A stretch of DNA of 36,636 nt from an uncultured Fibrobacterales bacterium (GCA_963934255.1 CAWVXU010000019.1:1-36636), one strand, 5' to 3'; shown: positions 26,801 through 35,645, counted from the first letter of the stretch. Made by a program: numbers and translations. The notes: a model not told the origin generated them from the letters alone.

Positions 26801-29205
26801 CTGATCACCCAGACTCTCAACTTAAATGGATAGTTTCTGGTGGAAGTAAGCTAAAAGCTTCAATTTCTGGATCAAGGGCTCTTAAAGTAAATGTCCCTGA
26901 TAAAGAATGGAATGGTGATCCTGAGACATTCACACTAACCGTGACAGACCCCGTTGGAGCAAACGCAACAATACCGCTGATTTTTACTGTTAAATCAGTG
27001 AATGATCTACCGATTGTTAAAAAGATTATGAGTCAGAAGATCAAAGAAGGTGGAACATTCAAAACAATTCAACTTGATAAGTTTGTCACTGATTCTGACC
27101 ATTCTTTTGATGAACTAAAATGGTCTGCTAAAGTGAACCTAGTTGGTTCCAAAAAATCAAAACGCAGCTCTAAAAAGAAAAAATCAAAACCTACAGGTTT
27201 GAGTGTTGAAATAAGTAAAGCTAGAGTTGCTACAATCAAAACATCGAGTCAAGATTGGTTTGGCGCGGCAACAGTCACTTTCACTGTTGTGGATCCAGCC
27301 AAAGGTAAATCATCAATTCAAGCTGGCTTTGAAGTAACCTCAGTCAATGATCTACCTAAGTTATCTGGATTCAAGTCTCAGACTATTACCGAAGGCTCAA
27401 AATTCAAATCGGTTTCTTTGAATGATAAAGTATCTGATGCAGACCATAGTGATAAGCAAATCAAATGGACCTTTAAAGGCAATAAGAAATTAAAGCTTTC
27501 GATTGATAGAAAAAACAACTTCATTGTTAAAACTCCAAATAATGACTGGTCTGGTTCTGAAAAAATCACTCTTATTGCAACTGATAAAGCCAAGGGTGTT
27601 GCAAAAATTGCTCTCGTCTATAAAGTAACCGATGTCAATGACTTTCCTAAAGTCAAAGGAATCAAGTCACAGAAGATAAAAGAAGGTGCTCAATTTGCTA
27701 AAGTCAAACTAGATAGTTATGTATCTGATGCGGACCACAAAGACAGCGAGCTTAAATGGACTGTTACAGGTAATAAAGCTCTAAAAGTTAAAGTCACAAC
27801 AACGCGTGAAGCTATTGTTGAAGTTCCATCCAAGCAATGGGCCGGAACAGAGACGCTTATCTTCACTGCAATTGACCCAGCTGGCGCCAAATCATCATCT
27901 AAGGTTAAATACACTGTCACTGCAGTGAATGACGCACCTGTAGTCTCAAAAATTGCAAGTCAAAAAGTAAAAGAAGGTCAAATATTTGATCCAATTGATC
28001 TGAACAAATTTGTAAAAGATCCGGACCACAAGACTTCTGAAATTATTTGGTACTTCTCTGACTCTAAACCAACGACTACTAAGAAAAAGAAAAAATCACG
28101 TCGTTCTAAAAAATCAAAAGGACCTCAAGCTGGGGACGTTCAGGGTAATAATGATATGTTCATAGATCTAACCGAAAAAGGTTCTGTGAATGTGAGTATT
28201 CCTGATGAAAATTGGAATGGTGAAGAAACATTCTACTTTATCGCAAGAGATCCAGCAGGTGCTGAATCTTACGCTCAAGTTAAATTTTCTGTTACAGCAG
28301 TCAACGATGTGCCTAAATTAAGTCCAATTCCTGACCAAGTTGTGAAAGAGGGAGGATCTTTCAAAGCTATATCTCTTGACAAATATGTAAATGACCCTGA
28401 CGATAAAGATTCTGAATTACAGTGGCAAATTAAAGGTGGGGCAAAAATTAAGGTTACTTTTAATAAGAAGAAACGCTCACTATCATTTAAAACTCCTAAT
28501 AAAGATTGGTCTGGGTCAGAGACAGTTAATCTTCGTGTAAAAGATTCTAAAAACGGTATTGCAGAAACTTCTTTCCGCTTAAAAGTTCTGGCTGTAAATG
28601 ATAAACCTAAGATCAAAGATCTGCCTGCTATGACCGTAAAAGAAGGTAATGAGTTTAAATCAATTGATCTTAATAAGTATGTGTCTGATGCAGATCACGA
28701 ATCTCGCCGCCTCGTATGGAAGATTTCTAGTGGTGCTAATCTTAAAGGAAATATCAGTTATGATAATTTATTGACCGTTGTTGCTTTGTCCCCTAGTTGG
28801 AGTGGTACTGAAAAGTTCAAAATTACTGTAAAAGACCCTGAAGGTGCTGAAGCTTCATATAGCTTCACAGCTAAAGTAGTGAATGTCAATGACGCTCCTA
28901 ATGGTACAAGAGATTCATATACTATGGATGAGGGTGGCGTCCTAAAGGTATCAAAATCTCGCGGTGTATTATCTAATGATACTGATGAAGATGGCCCATC
29001 GCCAACAAAAGCATTAGTATCTAAGAAACCGAAAAACGGTAAATTGAAATTCTCTACCAATGGTTCGTTTACATATACTCCCAAAAAAAGTTTTAATGGT
29101 TCAGACAGCTTTGAGTATCAAGCAGTTGACAAGCAAAAAGCTAAATCAAAGAGCACTCGTGTAGATATTAAAGTCTACTTCAAAATGAAAGATGTTCGTA
29201 AATAA
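23881..29205 (+). CDS. Large secreted tandem-95 / cadherin-like repeat protein (1774 aa; 16 repeats plus a terminal Big_9-like domain)
   Basis: GTG start at 23881 after GGGGGA; signal peptide; repeats of ~95-125 aa of the form P...Q.I.EG..F..I.L...V.D.D...W...P..W.G.E......DP.G......V..VND; last domain GVLSNDTDEDG...GSFTYTP..F.G.DSFEY. Confidence 0.88.
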   Translation: MKYSKSSAFGVFLASMLPIYTASNLFAAETKTQPPAAQSVAINAPIIDALDAQEIEEGAKFSDIKLKGFVTDEDHKFSELKFTVSGNKALVASVAGGKLKVKTPNKNWNGVETIVVTVKDPTGLSANTSVAYTVAPVNDAPKIKKVKGQKIKEGKEFKEIKLDDFITDEDHKHTEITWSAEVESVKGFRDEELSIVINENRIAKITVPHVDWYGLAKVTFLAADGDGAEVSSMATFEVTSVNDAPVMKKIPAQKITEGSEFEEVSLEEYVTDADHDLEKLKFKVSGAKELKVSLDKSSNTLSIQVPNEDWAGKEERLKIEVTDPEGGKDKSIIVLNVTGVNDEPEIGEVQSQEIKEGGQFKSINLEKLVKDKDHSAKQLKWSFRGNKDLTIQIGPDLKAKIKQPSENWHGEENITFTVTDPAGARAETEATFLVESINDQPVVEKKIKGQKIKEGGQFKIVNLDELIKDSDHKDSEISWEVELATTTKNDKGTELESVLDSKRQLSIKIPDVDYYGAAKLKLIATDPDGASITQSAIFEVQSVNDLPLMAAIANQKVDEGGSFESIDLSNYVTDKDHSASKMKFEAKGNKKLKVNITGSVATVKAPNSDFSGPAEKIIFTAIDPAGGKAKMEVSFQMVPVNDAPVLKSIKGQTIKEGQSFTDLDLESLVSDKDDKYNRLKWSFSGIKNLKIKVSGKKAKVTIPHKNWHGTETITAKVTDAADASAETTFTLTVKSVNDIPVFKSVKGQKIKEGAKFTTVDLRKLSSDADHSFDELKWSAQVISKPKKRKKSKVKGPDVIINDAGVAQIMLPSIEYSGNFDVKFSVKDPSGGVASQTANFDVKSVNDLPKLSGFTSQTVKEGGKFKSISLNDKVTDADHSSSKIKWSFTGNKKLKVSIDKKKNFIVQTPSIEWAGQETIELTAKDPEGGKAKIQLKYTMTEVNDLPIISKKLKGQSINEGASFADIKLDQFVNDADHPDSQLKWIVSGGSKLKASISGSRALKVNVPDKEWNGDPETFTLTVTDPVGANATIPLIFTVKSVNDLPIVKKIMSQKIKEGGTFKTIQLDKFVTDSDHSFDELKWSAKVNLVGSKKSKRSSKKKKSKPTGLSVEISKARVATIKTSSQDWFGAATVTFTVVDPAKGKSSIQAGFEVTSVNDLPKLSGFKSQTITEGSKFKSVSLNDKVSDADHSDKQIKWTFKGNKKLKLSIDRKNNFIVKTPNNDWSGSEKITLIATDKAKGVAKIALVYKVTDVNDFPKVKGIKSQKIKEGAQFAKVKLDSYVSDADHKDSELKWTVTGNKALKVKVTTTREAIVEVPSKQWAGTETLIFTAIDPAGAKSSSKVKYTVTAVNDAPVVSKIASQKVKEGQIFDPIDLNKFVKDPDHKTSEIIWYFSDSKPTTTKKKKKSRRSKKSKGPQAGDVQGNNDMFIDLTEKGSVNVSIPDENWNGEETFYFIARDPAGAESYAQVKFSVTAVNDVPKLSPIPDQVVKEGGSFKAISLDKYVNDPDDKDSELQWQIKGGAKIKVTFNKKKRSLSFKTPNKDWSGSETVNLRVKDSKNGIAETSFRLKVLAVNDKPKIKDLPAMTVKEGNEFKSIDLNKYVSDADHESRRLVWKISSGANLKGNISYDNLLTVVALSPSWSGTEKFKITVKDPEGAEASYSFTAKVVNVNDAPNGTRDSYTMDEGGVLKVSKSRGVLSNDTDEDGPSPTKALVSKKPKNGKLKFSTNGSFTYTPKKSFNGSDSFEYQAVDKQKAKSKSTRVDIKVYFKMKDVRK

Positions 29206-29235
29206 ACAAAATCATTTTAATTTGATTCAAATGTT

Positions 29236-29268
29236 AACGGCTCACCTATATAGGCGAGCCGTTTTTTT
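29236..29268 (+). terminator. Rho-independent terminator
   Basis: AACGGCTC-A-CCTA-TA-TAGG-C-GAGCCGTT hairpin followed by a T run, 30 nt after the stop of the repeat protein. Confidence 0.88.
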
Positions 29269-29477
29269 ATTTGGGACGCAAACGTATATAATTGAGAATG
29301 GATTGAAATACTTTGGCTACAAAAAAAGCCCACCATAAAGTGTGCCATTTTTCAACCAAAATGTTGAGATTTTTTAAGTACATGAGTCAGCTAGTCACAC
29401 ATTGATGATGTGCAATAATGCTTTAAGCTTATTTGTTTATAAAGATATTTTTAAGAAAATTTGAGAACATTTATTAT

Positions 29478-29588
29478 TCAATTATGAAAATGAGTATCAT
29501 CATTTTCAAATAGTTCTTCGTCATCGTACTCTAATACCGCGCAAACACCTGCGATACCTAAAACAGAAGCTAATAATACTGCAAACAT
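29478..29588 (-). CDS. Small protein (36 aa) with N-terminal hydrophobic helix and acidic/His tail
   Basis: Manual translation MFAVLLASVLGIAGVCAVLEYDDEELFENDDTHFHN*; AGGAG SD 7 nt upstream of the ATG. Below the ORF-track cutoff. Confidence 0.65.
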   Translation of the reverse strand: MFAVLLASVLGIAGVCAVLEYDDEELFENDDTHFHN

Positions 29589-29747
29589 GATAATTCTCCT
29601 AAGGGTGTATTTATAATATCTCATTATTTGAATGAATCTGAAACTATTCTTTGACTTATATCTGTTTTTATAGATAATTAATCGAATTTTAACCCAAAAA
29701 ACTCAAGCTTCCTTGGCAACACGATGAAACCTGACTAATTTGCAATA

Positions 29748-30716
29748 ATGGATTCTTTACGTAAAATTTCAATCGCCCCAATGATGGACTGTACCGATAA
29801 GTTTTATCGTTATATGGCTCGACGTCTTTCTAAACACGCTTATCTATACACTGAAATGGTGCATACTGGGGCTATCCTCAGAGGTGACAGAGATCGTTTT
29901 TTGTCATTTGATGAAACTGAACATCCTATTGCCCTACAGCTTGGGGGCTCTGATGCCAAAGCTCTTGCAGAAAGTACTCAAATAGCTCAAGAGTGGGGTT
30001 ATAACGAAGTTAATCTCAACGTAGGCTGTCCATCGGATCGCGTACAGAGCGGCTTCTTTGGTGCTTGTTTAATGGCCAAGCCGGATTTAGTCAATGACTG
30101 TCTGCAGGCCATGTCTAAAGATGTCGATATCCCCGTGACAGTCAAAACGAGAATTGGAATTGATGATCTAGATTCTTGGGATTATTTTCGCAGCTTCATT
30201 GATTCATTGGCTAATGGAGGCTGTAAAGTTTTTCTGATTCACGCTCGTAAGGCTTGGTTGAATGGACTTTCACCAAAAGAAAATAGAACCATACCTCCTC
30301 TCAATTATGAGTGGGTTTATAAAATTAAAGAAGAATTCCCAGAACTCGAGTTCAGCTTAAATGGTGGTGTCACTACTATTGAGGGGGCCCAGGAGCATTT
30401 GAAGTATGTCGATGGAGTAATGATCGGTCGCGAAGCTTATTCTAATCCATGGGTTTTAACCGATATTGATTCAAAAATATACGGTGGAGCTCAACTGAAA
30501 TTATCAAGAGTCGAGTTAGCTCATGAACTTAATCCCTTTATTCTTCATCAACTTGAGCTTGGGCATCCGTTAAATCGTATTTTGCGTCATAGTTTGGGTT
30601 TGTTCCACGGCATCCGAGGTGGTCGAGCATTTAGACGCTCTCTAACTGAAAATATGACAAAAAAAGGTGCAGATCTTTCAGTTTGGACTCAAGCGCTGAC
30701 TCTTATTGAAGAATAA
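29748..30716 (+). CDS. dusA: tRNA dihydrouridine(20/20a) synthase
   Basis: SIAPMMDCTD, LYTEMV, EHPIALQLGGSD, NLNVGCPSDRVQSG.FGACLM, HARKAWL.GLSPKENR.IPPL. Confidence 0.96.
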   Translation: MDSLRKISIAPMMDCTDKFYRYMARRLSKHAYLYTEMVHTGAILRGDRDRFLSFDETEHPIALQLGGSDAKALAESTQIAQEWGYNEVNLNVGCPSDRVQSGFFGACLMAKPDLVNDCLQAMSKDVDIPVTVKTRIGIDDLDSWDYFRSFIDSLANGGCKVFLIHARKAWLNGLSPKENRTIPPLNYEWVYKIKEEFPELEFSLNGGVTTIEGAQEHLKYVDGVMIGREAYSNPWVLTDIDSKIYGGAQLKLSRVELAHELNPFILHQLELGHPLNRILRHSLGLFHGIRGGRAFRRSLTENMTKKGADLSVWTQALTLIEE

Positions 30717-30914
30717 CCTAAAGAGGAGTGGAGTCATTTGATTTTTTAGATTCCATTTTAATCAATAATTCTATAAAATCTCGAAATTCTTATAAAATAG
30801 TTTTGATAACTTTCTCATTATGATAGGTTAGGGTGGACTATGCAGATTAAATGAATTTCTTTTAATTGTGTTACCCTAAGCTCCTTTATAAGGAAGTTAT
30901 GGGAGTTGGAGAAA

Positions 30915-31179
30915 TTGATAAATAGGTATTTATTTGTATGCCTTTTGTTTATTGTTACAATAGCTACTCGTGGGATTGCCTCAGGCTAATCGTTCGAAAT
31001 ACCCCGCTGTTAATCTAGAGCTCAGTATTGCCTTAGCAAAAACAATTAGTGACTTGCTAGTGATGTCCGGTGTTAGTCCTGAGGACTTGAGTTTTAAACA
31101 GCTCGATAGCCTAGACTTACCTGATTCGGAAAATGAATTGGTAGAAGTGGCGATTACTAAAAAAGAGATTCTAGAATAA
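30915..31179 (+). pseudogene. Possible degenerate OmpA/MotB C-terminal-like fragment, perhaps frameshifted from an upstream signal-peptide ORF
   Basis: 30970-31179 encodes KYPAVNLELSIALAKTISDLLVMSGVSPEDL...NELVEVAI, which echoes N.ELS..RA..V...L...GV....NRRVEI. A TTG at 30915 with GGAG SD gives MINRYLFVCLLFIVTIATRGIASG* in another frame. Confidence 0.35.
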
Positions 31180-31184
31180 TATGT

Positions 31185-32282
31185 TTAGCTATGAGACAAA
31201 TCAAATACACAATTCAAAAGGGAGCTTGCATAGCTTCCTTTTTTTAGTTGAAACTTGAGAGTTAAAATAGATCCGTTGAATTCCCAAGCCAAATCAGAAG
31301 CTAAAGCTCGAATAGCTCGGCGGTCTTTTTTGACTTTATGATCTTTTAAGCTTCGAACCCAACTCGGGTAGAGTGCTTCAATTTGATATTCCAAAACGAG
31401 TGAGTCAGCCGACGATAAATCATTACCCTGGCCTGGAAGAAGAGCTGTCGGGTGAACCTCTAGATCAAGAATTCTTTGACTAATCTGATCATCGATATCT
31501 GTAAATAAGCTTGAGCTAGTCTCAAACACAAAAACATCTCCCAATATTGCTTTGTCAAACTTATCACTTAAAATACGTTTTGATACTTGATGGTTAAATA
31601 ACCAAGACCTTGATGCTGAAAGAGCAAGACCTTTTAGATGTCTCGTTGGTATCTTTTTTTTATGATCAAATAGTTGCTGAGCTGTCTTCAAGTTTGAGAA
31701 CTTTTTTCCAAAACGCTGAGAACCAAAATAGTTAGGAAACCCACCCGCTTTAATTTTTGCTAATCGTTCAATAATAATTTCTTGAGGGACAGTATTTACT
31801 TCAAGTGCGCCCCCTGTTTGATCATTTAGTTGAACATTTACTTCAAACCCATTAAAATCATGTGTGCCAACGCGAAGTTTTTTTTGATGGACTTGGTATT
31901 CAAGTATTTTCCAATTGGCTTGACCTTCTTGGGCAAGCTCGAGTCGTTCTTGAAATTTATCGAGTATGACCTTTCCGCCGAGATGGATTGAGAACCACTG
32001 TTTAGAAATAGAGACCTTATCTTTTAATCCTGACCACGACAGTTTATCAACATTAATCCTTAATGCCTTTGCAATGTATTTGGCGAGTGTTTCAGTATTG
32101 AGGTTGGTTTTCTCAACATAGACCCAAAGAAACTCTCCCTCGCCGGTAAAGACCACATTGAGTACCTCACTGACTTGAAAGTCTTGCGGTGTCATTTTCC
32201 AGTTGGCGGGGCAAATGGTGTTTCCAAATAGGTTTTCGAATTTAAATTCGAACTCTGAGTTATCTTCAAAATGTTTTTTCAT
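31185..32282 (-). CDS. truD: tRNA pseudouridine(13) synthase
   Basis: DFQVSE, GEGEF, KTNLNT, SGLKDK...QWFS, KLRVG...N.F, PNYFGSQRFG, SASRSWLFN, RR, F.L.KGSYA. The true start may be slightly downstream. Confidence 0.95.
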   Translation of the reverse strand: MKKHFEDNSEFEFKFENLFGNTICPANWKMTPQDFQVSEVLNVVFTGEGEFLWVYVEKTNLNTETLAKYIAKALRINVDKLSWSGLKDKVSISKQWFSIHLGGKVILDKFQERLELAQEGQANWKILEYQVHQKKLRVGTHDFNGFEVNVQLNDQTGGALEVNTVPQEIIIERLAKIKAGGFPNYFGSQRFGKKFSNLKTAQQLFDHKKKIPTRHLKGLALSASRSWLFNHQVSKRILSDKFDKAILGDVFVFETSSSLFTDIDDQISQRILDLEVHPTALLPGQGNDLSSADSLVLEYQIEALYPSWVRSLKDHKVKKDRRAIRALASDLAWEFNGSILTLKFQLKKGSYASSLLNCVFDLSHS

Positions 32283-32304
32283 GATAAAAATCTAACTTTT
32301 AGTT

Positions 32305-34347
32305 ATGGATTTAAAACATGCAGCTGAACAAATACTTTTTGGGACCCAATTAGAGGATAAATTTACCTCCACGGTCTACTTAGATGATAGTGGTTTTTTA
32401 CCCTTACAGACTGTTCCACTTAGCCCGGGTCGCCCTAAATTTTTGGAGATTACCAATGTTAAAGGGATTCATAAATTCCCCAACTTGATCCATTTAGAGA
32501 CAGATGTTCTCGCACGTGGCCATGTGATGCATTTTCTGGCCAATCATGAGCTTTTAGCCCTAGAGTTAATGGCACTTGCCCTTTTGAGGTTCCCTGAGGC
32601 GCCTCAGGGCTTTAGACAGATGATTGCTCATACAATGACTGAAGAACAAGACCATTTAAGTCGTTATATTACCAGAATGGAAACTTTTGGGGTTGGCTTT
32701 GGCGAGCTGAAGTTAAATGATTTCTTCTGGAAGATTATATCTAAGATGAAGTCTCCGACTGAATATATTGCTTGGATGAGTATGACCTTTGAGCAAGCCA
32801 ACCTTGACTTCTCCAAACATTACCAAACTCTCTTTGCTCAGCTGGGTGACAAAGCGTCTAGTGACCTTATGCAAGTGGTGTACGAAGATGAGATTGGTCA
32901 TTTGGGTGGTGGAATACGCTGGTACAAATATTTCACTCAGTGTGAAAGTGTCTGGAAATCCTGGTCACATTTTGTTCGTAATGATATCAACCCTATTCGT
33001 GCCAAAGGAAGTCCATTTGATATTGAAGGACGCCGCCGAGCTGGTTTTGATGAGGAGTATATTCAAGAGATATGGCTTTATCAAAAGTCACGCGGTAAAG
33101 TACCGGTGCTGAGTTGGTGGAACTCAGGTGCTGAGCTTGAAAATACAGGTGTCAAATTACAGGCTAAAGCCCTTGATGTCAATAAAGATCTAGATACTCT
33201 TGCTTTTCATATCGTTTCTCAAGACGACTTGGTTTTGTTAAACAAAGCGCCTAGTGCTGAATTTCTTATCTGGATGAAGCAACATGGCTTTCAGTATCCT
33301 GAATTTATATCTAACGAGGATAAACTTTCTGATAGATATTTGATCTATTCACAACCCTGGGCCTGGACTCCTCAGGTGGTGAAGTTTTTAGAGAATAAAA
33401 CGACTGTCAAAGTTCAGAAATATAAAGAGATTGTTGAAACACAATGGGATCGAACCCATTCAAAAATTGAGTGGCGCCTATTTTTAAATAAATTTTTTCA
33501 AAGTTCAGCAGCTCAATTGTTATTAAAAAAGTTTCCAGATCACGTCAGCTTAGATCATCTTCAAAACTTTAAAATAGTTCACAATGAACAAGACTTACTG
33601 AGTTCATTTGAAGAATATGAAAAAGTGGGTTTTAATCAGTTAGTTTTGCAAGCCGAGTATAGTGTGTCTGGGCATCATTTCAAAAGCATTGATGTGAGCC
33701 GAGGGATTAGTGATTCATTGAAGCAATGGGTAAAAGATATTTCTGCTCAAAATAAACGACTTATTCTTGAACCTTTTTGGGGTGACAATACAAACGTCAA
33801 TTTATCCTTTCTTTATGCAGCTGAAGGACGGCGCCTACTTGGTGTGACCAAATTCTATACCCAAAACGGAAAATACCGAGGACATTGGTTAGGTGACTTT
33901 GAGCACGGTTTTGACAAAGAATTGAAAATTTGGTCGTTTCCATTTCTCAAAGAACTTCAGCGCGTTCTTCAGAGTGCAGTCAAAGAATGGCTGGGAGACT
34001 GGCCTTGTCCTTGTGGGATTGATTTGTTGATGTATCGCGATCTTGATGGCTCTCTCAAAATACACCCCGGATTAGAGATAAACCCCAGGTGGACAATGGG
34101 GCATATTGCCCTTAAATGGATGGATAAGCTAGCACCTGGTGATGCGGGTGTTTGGAGAATAGTACCCAAAAAGAGTGATTCAACTTTTAATGACATTTGG
34201 AAAGCTCAAATGGAAAACACACAAGTTGGACAGCATAAACAATATCTTCCTCAAGGGAAATTCTTTGTCAACGATTTTGGTCTTGCCAAAAGTTGGGGAT
34301 CTCTTATTGAAATTAAAAAAACAAAAGATTGGTTGAAACCTCAGTGA
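32305..34347 (+). CDS. Ferritin-like di-iron (DUF455-like) domain fused to an ATP-grasp-like domain
   Basis: N-terminal HFLANHELLALELMA, EEQDH, FEQANLDF, EDEIGH (two ExxH motifs). C-terminal PWAWTP, LILEPF, CGIDLL, LEINPRWTMG. Confidence 0.75.
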   Translation: MDLKHAAEQILFGTQLEDKFTSTVYLDDSGFLPLQTVPLSPGRPKFLEITNVKGIHKFPNLIHLETDVLARGHVMHFLANHELLALELMALALLRFPEAPQGFRQMIAHTMTEEQDHLSRYITRMETFGVGFGELKLNDFFWKIISKMKSPTEYIAWMSMTFEQANLDFSKHYQTLFAQLGDKASSDLMQVVYEDEIGHLGGGIRWYKYFTQCESVWKSWSHFVRNDINPIRAKGSPFDIEGRRRAGFDEEYIQEIWLYQKSRGKVPVLSWWNSGAELENTGVKLQAKALDVNKDLDTLAFHIVSQDDLVLLNKAPSAEFLIWMKQHGFQYPEFISNEDKLSDRYLIYSQPWAWTPQVVKFLENKTTVKVQKYKEIVETQWDRTHSKIEWRLFLNKFFQSSAAQLLLKKFPDHVSLDHLQNFKIVHNEQDLLSSFEEYEKVGFNQLVLQAEYSVSGHHFKSIDVSRGISDSLKQWVKDISAQNKRLILEPFWGDNTNVNLSFLYAAEGRRLLGVTKFYTQNGKYRGHWLGDFEHGFDKELKIWSFPFLKELQRVLQSAVKEWLGDWPCPCGIDLLMYRDLDGSLKIHPGLEINPRWTMGHIALKWMDKLAPGDAGVWRIVPKKSDSTFNDIWKAQMENTQVGQHKQYLPQGKFFVNDFGLAKSWGSLIEIKKTKDWLKPQ

Positions 34348-35459
34348 TTCAAACAGAATTAAAATTAGGCACTCCACTTGCGATTGTGGATCTTGAAACA
34401 ACAGGAAGCAATACTGAAGCCGATTCAATCACAGAAATTGGAATCGTATTTGTGGATGAACAGGGGCAGATTGAAACATGGTCCTCTTTGGTCAATCCTC
34501 AATCTCTAATCACTCCTTTTGTCCAAAGCTTAACGGGCATTACCAATGAAATGGTTCAAGACGCACCTCTGTTTTGTGAGCTTGCCCAAGAGATTTATGA
34601 TCTGCTCCAAGGTCGGTTATTTATTGCTCATAATGTGTCTTTTGACTATGGTGTTTTATCTCGAGCGTTTTTAAAAGAAGGGCTTATTTTTAAAAGCCCT
34701 AGACTATGTAGTGTGAAAGCATCACGTGCTTTAATTAAAGGCCTTCCTTCCTACAGTTTAGGGAAATTATGTGTGAACCTCGATATTAAACTCAATAATG
34801 CTCACAGGGCTCTTGATGATGCGCTTGCCACAGCTGGTCTAATGGAGAAAGTCTTAGAAAACAGTTCGCAAGAAGCAATCCTTGACTTGGCTGTAGAACT
34901 TTGGCGAAGAGATAAATTGCCAGATTCCGTGACGATGGCTGATGTTGAGCGTTTACCTAATACTTGTGGTGTATTTCGAGTCTATGATAAGGGGCAATTA
35001 ATTTGGGTGAAAGCCATGAAATCTATTTCTAGTGAATTCTTTAAGGTAGTTCAAGGCAAAGGACCAAAATACTTACTGAAAGAGCTTCCATTCTTTGAAA
35101 CGATAGAATTTGAAGAAACAGGGACGTTTGAATTGGCTCGTTTGATTGAAATGGACCAAACGATGGTTTATAAACCAAGAGTCAATCGAAAAACGGTGAG
35201 AGTTTCAACTGTTCCGCCACGTCCAATTAAAGATCAAGTTCTATTGGGCCGCGGTCGCGCAATTAAAGAATCTTCCTACATGGTGGTAGTTGACGGCTCG
35301 ATCCGTGGATATGGTTATTTAGACTCCAATGATACAATGAGCTCGTTTGAAGACTTTGAACAGTCAATGCAATTTTTTGAAAGTGCGCTAAGCTTTCGAG
35401 CCGAGCTAGAGAATTGGATTAAAAACAGAAAGTTCAGGAATATTCCACGACGTCAATGA
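34344..35459 (+). CDS. DEDDh 3'-5' exonuclease (DnaQ-like) with degenerate GIY-YIG/UvrC-like C-terminal region
   Basis: VDLETTG, ITEIG, LTGIT, AHNVSFD, SYSLGKL, HRALDDA, then LPNTCGVF. GTG start overlaps the upstream stop (GTGA). Confidence 0.88.
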   Translation: MIQTELKLGTPLAIVDLETTGSNTEADSITEIGIVFVDEQGQIETWSSLVNPQSLITPFVQSLTGITNEMVQDAPLFCELAQEIYDLLQGRLFIAHNVSFDYGVLSRAFLKEGLIFKSPRLCSVKASRALIKGLPSYSLGKLCVNLDIKLNNAHRALDDALATAGLMEKVLENSSQEAILDLAVELWRRDKLPDSVTMADVERLPNTCGVFRVYDKGQLIWVKAMKSISSEFFKVVQGKGPKYLLKELPFFETIEFEETGTFELARLIEMDQTMVYKPRVNRKTVRVSTVPPRPIKDQVLLGRGRAIKESSYMVVVDGSIRGYGYLDSNDTMSSFEDFEQSMQFFESALSFRAELENWIKNRKFRNIPRRQ

Positions 35460-35645
35460 TATCAATTTGAAACACGCTGTGTTATCATCACACTCTTGCC
35501 AAATTTAACTTGATTCATTTTACATCATCGGTTGATACTGACCTATGGAATATGCGTTTTTAGTTCAAATGGTAAGACAATATTTTGGCATAGCGATTGC
35601 AGTGGACATTGATAGACAAAGAAACAATCTATTAAGGAATAAACG

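Noticed and set aside
24175..29084. Multiple short minus-strand ORFs within the large repeat gene
   Set aside because: Antisense shadows of a codon-biased gene, with no recognisable motifs.
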